Shown here: positions 9,363-17,620 of the stretch, one piece after another
Layout: every line of letters starts with the position of its first letter
How positions within the stretch are numbered: the first letter of the stretch is position 1
DNA from: Candidatus Heimdallarchaeota archaeon B3_Heim
GTDB taxonomy: Archaea > Asgardarchaeota > Heimdallarchaeia > Hodarchaeales > Hodarchaeaceae
Assembly (NCBI GenBank): GCA_003144275.1
Contig: NJBF01000007.1
Span: forward strand, 60,001-92,000
Direction: 5' to 3'
Length of the DNA stretch: 32,000 bases
Notes under the pieces: model-generated
What the model saw: only the letters and a program-made list of their open reading frames with translations
Databases searched by the model: none
What the model was told of the DNA's origin: nothing
Position numbers and translations under genes: made by a program

Positions 9363-10439
9363 TTAAAGAAGTGATAGATCATCTTCTAGATATGGTATTT
9401 CAATAGGGAGAGGGATGTGGTGTTCATTCATGGCATGAAAATTAACCAAAGAATGTAAAATTTTGAGTTCTTTTTTGAGTGTTTGTTTTCGCATTCTTGG
9501 AACCCAAATTTTCAATCCTGCTCTCAACGCGGTATGAATATATGGAATGGTCGCTCTTACAAGGATTTTAGACAACATAGGAGTATTATAATACAAATAA
9601 TCGTATACTGGATTCTTTATTTTCTTGGGAGAATCAGGATTTAAATGGCGATGAATATCATATTGGATATTGTAATCGAGGTTCACAAATAAGTAACGAA
9701 ACCAATCTTCCCATATTTTATAGGTAGACCCCGTGCCTTTGAGCCTTATTTGATATTTTGAGGGTGATTTCTTCACTCTATGCAGATAATCTAGGATATC
9801 ATCTTCAGTAGTTCCCTCCACATAAGTATAACATCGTCCAACCATATTAGGTTGATGATTATCTCCTCCTGCTATACCAGGTAATCCGAACTCACGAGAA
9901 ATTATTTGGGCAAGATAATTATGCCTTTTAGGTTGGAACCCATTAATAATTTCTATCATCCCTACACGCTTCAGCACAGATGCATTGATTGTGTAAGTTT
10001 GTGAATCATACCCTCCTGCAGGTGCACTTTGAGAAAGATCAAACGGATGGGCTAAAATATACAGGGCATTTGAATCATCAAGATACTCCAAGAACTCAGG
10101 TAAGGGGCGAAAACGAATTTGCCAGGGAATATTACGTAACCCGTAAACCAGAATATGGGCCCACCCATGTCTATTTTTATCGTATTTCGTAACTTCTTGG
10201 CCCACAATTGGAATTATATCGGTGTATTTAGACGCATAATGTAAAAATGCTTTGATTCCATTCATATTATTATGATCAGTAAGTGCTATCGCGTTGAGCT
10301 TCCTACGACGAGCGAGTTTGACCAACAATTTCGGTGATAAAGCAGAGTCTTGAAAAAAATGATTTCCCTTGAGTTTAGGTACTCGTAAAAGTGAGTAATA
10401 GGTATGAGAATGTAAATCAACACTCGTTAAATCACTCAC
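9363..10439 (-). CDS. PHP-domain metal-dependent phosphoesterase with C-terminal helical extension
   Basis: DLHSHT, ALTDHN, GQEV, HILVYG, AHPF, IEIING, GGDNH motifs; AGGTGA RBS at 10448-10453 before a GTG start. Confidence 0.88.
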   Translation of the reverse strand: MSDLTSVDLHSHTYYSLLRVPKLKGNHFFQDSALSPKLLVKLARRRKLNAIALTDHNNMNGIKAFLHYASKYTDIIPIVGQEVTKYDKNRHGWAHILVYGLRNIPWQIRFRPLPEFLEYLDDSNALYILAHPFDLSQSAPAGGYDSQTYTINASVLKRVGMIEIINGFQPKRHNYLAQIISREFGLPGIAGGDNHQPNMVGRCYTYVEGTTEDDILDYLHRVKKSPSKYQIRLKGTGSTYKIWEDWFRYLFVNLDYNIQYDIHRHLNPDSPKKIKNPVYDYLYYNTPMLSKILVRATIPYIHTALRAGLKIWVPRMRKQTLKKELKILHSLVNFHAMNEHHIPLPIEIPYLEDDLSLL

Positions 10440-10615
10440 TTATTTTTTCACCTAGGGGAGGATGATCAGCTTTTTTTTTCCTTTGCCCCTCAATAATTTG
10501 CTCTTATTTTTTTCTTTATATCAAAGTAGCGATCTTTTGTTGATATTTAGATGATTTACTATCTATTGGTCTTTTATAAAAAATGTATGTAAATTCCTAG
10601 AAATCTGATAATTTA

Positions 10616-11773
10616 TTAAATCAAAGTACTAGAATCCTCAATATCTTGAGAAGTTACACGAGTTTTTCCTAAAATGTAAACTAGTAATCCAACCACTATT
10701 AAAAAATAAAATTTTACTAATTGGACAAGAATAGCACCTGAAAGTGCCATATCAGTACTGATACTCAAACCATATTCAATGAAAACTGATAATGAAATCT
10801 CTTTCAGTCCAGCCATTCCTGGAATTCCAACAGGGATTAGGTCAACAGTACCTCCCAGAAAATTTACAGCAGCGACCTGGTCAAGAGAGATCGCAATATT
10901 GACAGAATGTAATATTAATAGAATTGACAACCAATGTGCTACCTGTGCAAAAAAGGCTAAAATCAGTGCAACAGATGAAATTAATTTATTTTTGGCTAAA
11001 TACGAGAATTGGATACTAAAATCATCAACTAATTTATCTGAAGATAGTTTTTCAGAGTTAATACGAGTACTAACTAATGGTAAGGAGCTGAATCCTTGTA
11101 AAAAGGTATTCAGTATACTTTTCGCCTTATTCGGGCTAAGAGCTATCAATATAAATAGACCCACGATTAAAACAGTTATTATTGAGATAAGTAATACGAA
11201 AATTAGATTAAATCCGTTTGGTAAGGGAGGATAGCCTAATTCGACTAATATAGCACTTAGATACTCAAACATTGATACAGCAATAAACGTGGATATCGGA
11301 ATAAAAGCTAGTAGCCCACAGAGCTTATGAGCAACTACGCTAGATAATACTTCACCACTTGTGGCATTTCTCCTTTCCTCTTCGTTAAAAAATTCTTGTG
11401 TACCCATAACAACTTTCATAATAGCTTCGACGGCTCCAGCACTTGGGATAAGCAAGCCATAGGAGAACGAGGATAATTGAATCCGATAGGTTGTTTTTGT
11501 TGAAGGATAAATTCTAGATATTCCCAATAAAATTTTCCAGGCAAATGTATCAAGTAATACTGCAATAAACGTAAATCCTGCTCCGATCGTCAGTATAATT
11601 ACATTTGCTCCAAGAAATGTATCAATCATTGAAAAAATACTAATATCTTCAAGAATAAAGTATAATAATAAAACAAAAGCTGCAAATCCAAGCAAAATGA
11701 TAGTTTTCTTGTCAAATGCTTCTTTCAAAGAAAGATTCTTTTGACTCAACTCTGGCTCAGATTGATTTTCCAT
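10616..11773 (-). CDS. Flippase-like / lysylphosphatidylglycerol-synthase-TM (UPF0104) membrane protein
   Basis: About 8-9 TM helices; 'AWKILL', 'LLIPSAGAVE', 'LIPVGIPGMAGLKE' match the typical family pattern. Confidence 0.8.
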   Translation of the reverse strand: MENQSEPELSQKNLSLKEAFDKKTIILLGFAAFVLLLYFILEDISIFSMIDTFLGANVIILTIGAGFTFIAVLLDTFAWKILLGISRIYPSTKTTYRIQLSSFSYGLLIPSAGAVEAIMKVVMGTQEFFNEEERRNATSGEVLSSVVAHKLCGLLAFIPISTFIAVSMFEYLSAILVELGYPPLPNGFNLIFVLLISIITVLIVGLFILIALSPNKAKSILNTFLQGFSSLPLVSTRINSEKLSSDKLVDDFSIQFSYLAKNKLISSVALILAFFAQVAHWLSILLILHSVNIAISLDQVAAVNFLGGTVDLIPVGIPGMAGLKEISLSVFIEYGLSISTDMALSGAILVQLVKFYFLIVVGLLVYILGKTRVTSQDIEDSSTLI

Positions 11774-11868
11774 AAATTAGACCTTCTTTTAAGGAATCGG
11801 ATGGGAGCTTCATAAATTCTTTTCAGAATGAATTCTTTACCCTACATCTAAGTATTGGATGCTTTTCC

Positions 11869-12114
11869 GTGAATATTTCTGAATTAGTTTTCACATCTTT
11901 GGGGCCATTTCTTTATAATTTGTTATTTCTTGTCCTCTGGATTGATTATCATTATAAGGGAGCGCAAATCCAAACAAGAAAATATTTTGAAAAGTATTTA
12001 CGTGAAGAATTATTGTTTTATTTAATGACTGGATTATTAATCCTTTTGTTTCTCTTCCTTTTATTTGGCTACGCATTTGCTAATACCAAAATACAAGGAT
12101 CAGGAATCGTATGA
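11869..12114 (+). pseudogene. Truncated 5' fragment paralogous to the N-terminus of the 13753..14892 membrane protein
   Basis: 17 of the first 25 residues are identical to the protein read from ATG 13762 (SELxFTxLGPxxYNLxFLxLWI). Similarity continues to ...Y(AF)ANT at nt 12087, then the frame runs into the 3' end of the antisense LAGLIDADG gene and stops. Confidence 0.8.
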
Positions 12115-13329
12115 TGAATTAAACGAATTTTTACCATAATTTTTCTGTAACTTCAATGTCAACTTTGCAGGATCAGAAGAAGAGGGGAGTTTCCATGAAT
12201 AAGGATGATTATTCTCAACTTGAACGATAAACCCTTTATCTCGCAGATAGAATAATCTATGTAATAAATATTCAGAGTACACTCCTTTAATAAAGTGTTT
12301 TAATTTTGGATGCTTTTGAAGTTCTGGAGTAGTATAAACTTGATGGTCTCCAAGGACCTCAAGAATATGGGGGTAAAATTCTCGTGCACGGCGCAGAGCA
12401 GATCCTTTAGTTATATTGTAAGATTTCACAAGTGAATCAAGAGCATTTTTCTTGTGCCATAATCCTAACAATGGATCTTTAAAAGAAATTCTATTAAGAT
12501 CATTATAATATTGAATAACGCCTCCTTGATATAAACGAAATATGTAGGCTCTACCATTATTATGAGGGATTGGTGGATAAGGAGTGTGATCATACCCTAG
12601 TTGATCACACAGTTGCATTACTCTTGTTAAAATTAATTCATTCTTTTGGGCAAAGAGTATTTGGTTACTAACATTGCCATCATCCAGAAGAAAGGCAGTA
12701 AGAAATTGTATTTTCCAATTAAAATACTTTGAAGGTAAATCAATGACAAATTGCACGAATTTTGGAGTTTTCAGATCATGTGCAACAAGATCTGGGATAG
12801 CCATCATAATAACATATGTTAATCCTTTTGGATAATGAACTCTCTCACTATTACCGTCTGGTGAACGGCTTAATTTCCCTAATAGTGATCGCATGTTTTC
12901 TTGGTTCATACGTTTTTGAGTCCAGACCAAGGAGGGGAATGATTGCCGTTTATCAATAGTTCCATCGCCAATAATATGACAAATCACACGCCAAGCATAA
13001 ATGTTCATATGAAATGGAAACGAAATTTTTTCTAATTTACCTTGAGGAGAATATCGTACAGCTTGAACTGATTTTTGTATTGTCTTGAAATCTAAGTTAA
13101 GTTCTTGACAAAGCCTATATAGATTAGGTACTATAATGGTCTTATTAGGGGAGTCACGAATACCCAATAAGACTTTATAAGAAATCTTCAGATTAGTAGA
13201 TAACTTTGAAATGGTAGATCTTTTTAAAAAGGTGGACAAATAGAGCCATAAATTATAATTCAAGAGAACATAAAACTTGGTTAAATCTTTTAATTGTACT
13301 GTATTGAAAGGGTCATTGTTAAACTCCAT
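12100..13329 (-). CDS. Free-standing double-motif LAGLIDADG homing-endonuclease-like protein with N-terminal HTH and C-terminal winged-helix
   Basis: Motif 1 ICHIIGDG and motif 2 FLTAFLLDDG both retain the acidic residue. N-terminal HTH-like TISKLSTNLKISYKVL; C-terminal wHTH-like LLHRLFYLRDKGFIVQV...YSWKL. No intein splice blocks. Confidence 0.75.
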   Translation of the reverse strand: MEFNNDPFNTVQLKDLTKFYVLLNYNLWLYLSTFLKRSTISKLSTNLKISYKVLLGIRDSPNKTIIVPNLYRLCQELNLDFKTIQKSVQAVRYSPQGKLEKISFPFHMNIYAWRVICHIIGDGTIDKRQSFPSLVWTQKRMNQENMRSLLGKLSRSPDGNSERVHYPKGLTYVIMMAIPDLVAHDLKTPKFVQFVIDLPSKYFNWKIQFLTAFLLDDGNVSNQILFAQKNELILTRVMQLCDQLGYDHTPYPPIPHNNGRAYIFRLYQGGVIQYYNDLNRISFKDPLLGLWHKKNALDSLVKSYNITKGSALRRAREFYPHILEVLGDHQVYTTPELQKHPKLKHFIKGVYSEYLLHRLFYLRDKGFIVQVENNHPYSWKLPSSSDPAKLTLKLQKNYGKNSFNSSYDS

Positions 13330-13518
13330 CTTGCTAAATCCAAGTCCAAGTAGAATTTAAGAACATAAATTCTCTTTAATAATGTAACATTAAGCCACTG
13401 TTTTAAATACTTTACTAAGCTATTAACGCTTAATTACTATGCATATACCCTGTTGTTAATAATGCATTCTGATGGAATTACTGTACACAAAAAGCATAAG
13501 AATTGTTGAATTTATGCA

Positions 13519-13686
13519 ATGAAAGATGATGAAATGCCAAAATTACAAGAAAGAAAAACAAAGACTGGAACTACTTTTGTTATTACAGTTCCAAAAGAAT
13601 ATGTTGAAAAAATGGGTTGGAAGAAAGGAGATACCATTTTCTTCTCAATTCTGAGTGAAATGAGCTTAAAAGTTGAAAAAGGATGA
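13519..13686 (+). CDS. AbrB/MazE/SpoVT-family DNA-binding protein (55 aa; alternative start at 13534)
   Basis: Manual translation: MKDDEMPKLQERKTKTGTTFVITVPKEYVEKMGWKKGDTIFFSILSEMSLKVEKG. ITVPK...MGWKKGD is the swapped-hairpin signature. Missing from the ORF track. Confidence 0.88.
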   Translation: MKDDEMPKLQERKTKTGTTFVITVPKEYVEKMGWKKGDTIFFSILSEMSLKVEKG

Positions 13687-13752
13687 CAATCACCAATTAT
13701 TCTTTTTTCAAGCATCTTTAGATTTAAGAAAAACCTTATAAAACAATGATAG

Positions 13753-14892
13753 ATGATTAAAATGGCTTTTTCTGAATTATTATTTACTAATTTAGGCCCA
13801 CTTATATACAATCTTATTTTTCTATCGTTATGGATCCTATGGATACAGTATCATGGAGAAGAAGAGAATGGCAGAATTCGTTCCATTTTCAGAAGTTATA
13901 TAATGAATGAAAAGCTCTATTTTCTTATAACTGGATTGATAATCATCATTATCCTATATCTATTGTTCTCCTATGCAAATACGCACACAGACGTTGATGA
14001 TGCCATAACTTCTGGAGTAGAAGCGTTTTTAGCTGGTCATAATCCCTACCAAGAGGACGTAGTAATTCATCATTTACCTTCAGGTATTACTTACGGTCGA
14101 TATCATTATTTTCCGCCTGATTTACTCACCTATAGCGGTTTTTACATAATTAGTGGAGGAATTTTTGCTTTTCTAGGGACATATTGGTTCGTCCCCCTCC
14201 ATCTCCTAATGTTGATCCCTGGTTACTGGTTCTTGACAAGGATTGTTGATTGGCCACATCATAAACTAATCCCTTTCTATATTTTACTGGTTACTCCATT
14301 CCTTTTTACGAATTCAATGTTGATGTGGTTTTTTTTCATCATTGGTTATTACTACTACGAAATAAGAAATAATCAAGATCTAGGAATGATTTTTTATGTC
14401 TTCGCAGCATCAGTGAAGTATTTAGTGGGATTTATTATTGTCTTTTATTTCTTTCAATCAATCCAAACAATTGTGAGGGAGAAAAATAGAATTCAGCTTC
14501 GTTCTTTTATTATTAAAGAGATGAGACCTTACTTAATAGGGGGTTTGGCATTGGCAGTCATTTCTCTTCCATTTAATCTTATAGACGTAATTGTTTCTGT
14601 ATTTCTTTATCAAGGAGATTTAGCTGCAAGGGGTGAAGTGGCTCAATTGGTTGGTCCTCTTCTCATCGAAATTTTAAAAATACTACGCCTTGAAAGTCTT
14701 TACATCCTGAGCGTTATTTTTATCATTATTCTATCCTTATTCCTGCTTAGAAGTCATACTACTTATGAAAAAATTATTCATATTTCCTTTATGTCAATGT
14801 TTATACTCCCTTTCTATGGAACAGAGTTATTTATTACTCTCCCTTTCTATTGGTGGTTTAAAGAGGGATTACGTTCATATTCCAAAGAATAA
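13753..14892 (+). CDS. Polytopic membrane protein, putative GT-C-fold glycosyltransferase (GT87/DUF2029-like); probable start ATG 13762
   Basis: About 10 TM helices; first external loop TDVDDAI...FLAGHNPY...YHYFPPDLL matches the D...GxNPY...YxYxP pattern of lipid-phosphate-sugar-dependent transferases. Confidence 0.6.
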   Translation: MIKMAFSELLFTNLGPLIYNLIFLSLWILWIQYHGEEENGRIRSIFRSYIMNEKLYFLITGLIIIIILYLLFSYANTHTDVDDAITSGVEAFLAGHNPYQEDVVIHHLPSGITYGRYHYFPPDLLTYSGFYIISGGIFAFLGTYWFVPLHLLMLIPGYWFLTRIVDWPHHKLIPFYILLVTPFLFTNSMLMWFFFIIGYYYYEIRNNQDLGMIFYVFAASVKYLVGFIIVFYFFQSIQTIVREKNRIQLRSFIIKEMRPYLIGGLALAVISLPFNLIDVIVSVFLYQGDLAARGEVAQLVGPLLIEILKILRLESLYILSVIFIIILSLFLLRSHTTYEKIIHISFMSMFILPFYGTELFITLPFYWWFKEGLRSYSKE

Positions 14893-14957
14893 AATAGAAT
14901 AAGATAGGAAAAATTACTTTTTCCTCCTCTCCCAAGTTAGATACTTTTCTATTCATT

Positions 14958-15200
14958 TTATCGTGGTTTGTCTGCTATCGTTGTAATCAATGAGATACTT
15001 CGAACAGAAAACCGTTCATCGACGTATAAAATCCGAACGTGCTTTTTTTCTGGATGATCAAGCCCATGAACATCTACAACTTGGCATACACCAGAAATAG
15101 AAGATTTGTAATCATTTTTATTCATTTTCAATGGAATGGCTGTCTTACAAATTGTGCATGGTTCACAATTTAGGGTAACTATATCGCCTTTGGTAGTCAT
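14958..15200 (-). CDS. Small putative zinc-binding protein (CxxC ... HG...H ... LYVD..VRS)
   Basis: CTIC, VDVHG, KKHVRILYVDERFSVRS; resembles a small domain I recall as expanded in Asgard genomes. Confidence 0.6.
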   Translation of the reverse strand: MTTKGDIVTLNCEPCTICKTAIPLKMNKNDYKSSISGVCQVVDVHGLDHPEKKHVRILYVDERFSVRSISLITTIADKPR

Positions 15201-15638
15201 CGTCTGATTCGCCTCGAAGCTCTTGTGAAAGAAATAACCTCAAAGCCCTCTCTTAAACCTTTGTAAATTTAAATTATCATTCATACCTTATACGTTTACG
15301 GACGGAGAGGTATACAAATTTGACGCTTCTGTAACACCCATTCTACTAAGCCTAAAAGTGAATTATTTTTCGTAAAGTTTCATATTCTCTATTGTATATG
15401 ATAGACACTTAACGGTTTTTATCACTTGATTATATCAGTAAATAAGAATCTTTCACTGATATGTTCAGCTACGCATTAATATATCAAGGAATACAAATTT
15501 TTACTGTGTTTTACGGATATTTATTACCTCTCCAGACAATAAATGCCGCTTTAAGGAAAGAGGGCTCTTTACTTTAGAAAGTTTTAAATGGGGGGAGAGT
15601 TTTTATTTTTCTATACTAGAGAATGAGGGCTTTATAGT

Positions 15639-15950
15639 ATGAGTTCAGAAGAACATGTTGTAGATACTCCTTGGGGAAAACTCGTAACTGCTAAGGGCCT
15701 AGAGATTCTGATGTCTAGCTTCTCCAATGACATCAATCGATTATACAGTGCCATTACGAAATTAGATGAAAGGTTAAATAAACTCGAAATGTCTATTTCG
15801 TCATCCCAAGGAGAAAGTATAGATCCATTAATTGGTTCTAGTTTATCATCATTAGAACAGAAGATTGAAGAGCTGAAAGAAGAGCAATCTCGTTTTGCAC
15901 TTCATATGAAACAAACCTTGGAGCTATTCTATTCAAAGTTAGAAGAATAA
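15639..15950 (+). CDS. Small coiled-coil hypothetical protein
   Basis: Heptad pattern in LYSAITKLDERLNKLEMSI and LSSLEQKIEELKEEQ. Confidence 0.65.
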   Translation: MSSEEHVVDTPWGKLVTAKGLEILMSSFSNDINRLYSAITKLDERLNKLEMSISSSQGESIDPLIGSSLSSLEQKIEELKEEQSRFALHMKQTLELFYSKLEE

Positions 15951-15961
15951 GAGAATTCCTG

Positions 15962-17527
15962 CTAAGATTTTTTCTTTGAACTTTTCCTGAAAAAGCCATC
16001 TAATGTCGTATGCTGTTGTTTTTTCTGTGTATTATTAAGTAACTCAGGTAATTCTTCTTTGAGAAATTGTTTCATCCGTTTGTCTTTTTGTTTAATTGCC
16101 CAGTACATCCCTTCATCTCTCGTACCCTTTGTTACAAGGTGAACAACGCGTGATTTTCGTTTTCTTCCTCTCCCACGGCGTTGGATAGCCCTAACAACTG
16201 ATGGCACAGAATCATAAAAAATGACTAAATCACAGTTACCTACATCTAATCCTTCTTCACCCACAGAGGTACTGAGCAAAACCTTTATTTCTCCCTTTTT
16301 GAACTGATCAATTACTTTCAACTGATCTTTTTGAGATAATCCCTTATCCGTCTTTGAACTTGAATGTCCTATAAACACTCCAGTATTAATTTGAGAATTT
16401 GTTAGTTCTTCATGAAGAAAATGCACTGTATCTCGAAAATTACTAAATATAATGATTCGGGACTCATTTTTTGAATCGTCTCTTAATTCCGCTCTCAAAT
16501 CCGAGATCATGAATCCTAGCTTGGGGTGAATAAGAGGCTTATCACCGAGTGAGGTCTCCAGCTCGTGAATGATTGGATCCTCAAGGAAAAGCCGTAAAGC
16601 TTTGGAGCTTTTCTTTTGTCGCCATTTTTTGATTGTGTTCGCAACTTGAGGAAGCCCTTGGCTTTCTACTAATTCTTTTAGGTGTTGTACTCTAATGAGG
16701 TTTGAGCTCGAGATCAATAAGTCACCATAGGATGAATCTTGTTTAGTCTGGAATACTATCTGTTGGTGGATAGCCAACGCTTCACGTTTCCCAAGATATT
16801 TGGATTTTTTTATACTTGAGAGGCGTTCTTTAAGTGTTGCGAGAAGTTCATCTTGTAGCTCCTGTAATTTCGTCAATAAGGATCTATACTGGTCAGGCAA
16901 GTCAATCCAAATAACTTCGGGAGTGTGTACTGAAATGAAGTCTTGGACATCGAAATCAGCGGGATTTGTAACTGAAATTTTCCCAATCCTTAGATTCTCA
17001 CAAACCTCAAGAATTTTTTCTGGATTATTGCCTGGGGTTGCCGTAAATCCTATTATTTGACATTTTGCTTCTTTTGCAATGCTGACGTAAGCATAATCAC
17101 CTGTAGCTCTATGAACTTCGTCAATACATAATAATTGAACATTCTTGATTTCTAATCTTCCATAAAGCAAATCATTTTCAATAGTCTGTGGTGTACCAAT
17201 AATAATTTTCGCGTTAGGATATTCTTGTCCCCGTTTAGCGGGTGGAATTTCACCAGAGACTTCTAAAATTAAATCTGTACTCAAATTTCCGATGGAATCT
17301 GAAAACATGTTTTTAATTTGATGAACAAGTGGACGAGTAGGAGTGAGTATTAGTACTTGACGACCAGGAACCTTATTGAGACTGTAAGCACTGAGATAAG
17401 CCATAATAATCGTTTTTCCAAGGCCTGTCGGAAGAACAACCATCGTGTTCTTTGGATTAGTTACACACTCGGAAAAAATGACCTGTTGATAGATCCTAGG
17501 TTCTGTATTAGGTAGAACTAATTTCAT
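15962..17527 (-). CDS. Hef/FANCM/Mph1-like SF2 DEAH helicase without ERCC4 nuclease domain
   Basis: Q motif PRIYQ, LPTGLGKT, IDEVHRATGDYAY, FTATPG, IIIFSNFRDTV, GLSQKDQ, STSVGEEGLD, QRRGRGR; ends about 40 aa after GTRDE. Confidence 0.92.
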   Translation of the reverse strand: MKLVLPNTEPRIYQQVIFSECVTNPKNTMVVLPTGLGKTIIMAYLSAYSLNKVPGRQVLILTPTRPLVHQIKNMFSDSIGNLSTDLILEVSGEIPPAKRGQEYPNAKIIIGTPQTIENDLLYGRLEIKNVQLLCIDEVHRATGDYAYVSIAKEAKCQIIGFTATPGNNPEKILEVCENLRIGKISVTNPADFDVQDFISVHTPEVIWIDLPDQYRSLLTKLQELQDELLATLKERLSSIKKSKYLGKREALAIHQQIVFQTKQDSSYGDLLISSSNLIRVQHLKELVESQGLPQVANTIKKWRQKKSSKALRLFLEDPIIHELETSLGDKPLIHPKLGFMISDLRAELRDDSKNESRIIIFSNFRDTVHFLHEELTNSQINTGVFIGHSSSKTDKGLSQKDQLKVIDQFKKGEIKVLLSTSVGEEGLDVGNCDLVIFYDSVPSVVRAIQRRGRGRKRKSRVVHLVTKGTRDEGMYWAIKQKDKRMKQFLKEELPELLNNTQKKQQHTTLDGFFRKSSKKKS

Positions 17528-17620
17528 AAGTTAAGCTCCACACTTTGCTTGCATTTATTACACCTATCTAAGATTTCTCCATAAGAATATAGTTCATTAA
17601 GAGAGTTGAGATAACCTAAT

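Larger units (their letters stand above)
12088..13983. mobile_element. Putative homing-endonuclease insertion cassette (LAGLIDADG + AbrB + replacement 5' gene end)
   Basis: Block bounded by the two copies of the ANT-coding position (12079-12087 and 13975-13983). Boundaries are inferred from protein homology; no identical direct repeat was seen. Confidence 0.45.

Noticed and set aside
2774-11234. Short + strand ORFs at 2774, 5756, 6783, 8589, 9076, 9989 and 10779
   Set aside because: All lie largely antisense to well-supported genes and show no motifs.
12100-13329. Intein or self-splicing intron interpretation of the LAGLIDADG gene
   Set aside because: It is antisense to the flanking gene, has its own start and stop, and lacks intein blocks A/B/G. 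The downstream gene copy is complete, so no splicing is needed.
13519-14892. AbrB/MazE as the antitoxin of a type II TA pair
   Set aside because: The downstream gene is a polytopic membrane protein with no PIN/MazF motifs; no toxin ORF is adjacent.
15639-15950. SNARE-like interpretation of the small coiled-coil protein
   Set aside because: No C-terminal TM anchor, and the coil is broken into two short segments; too generic to call.
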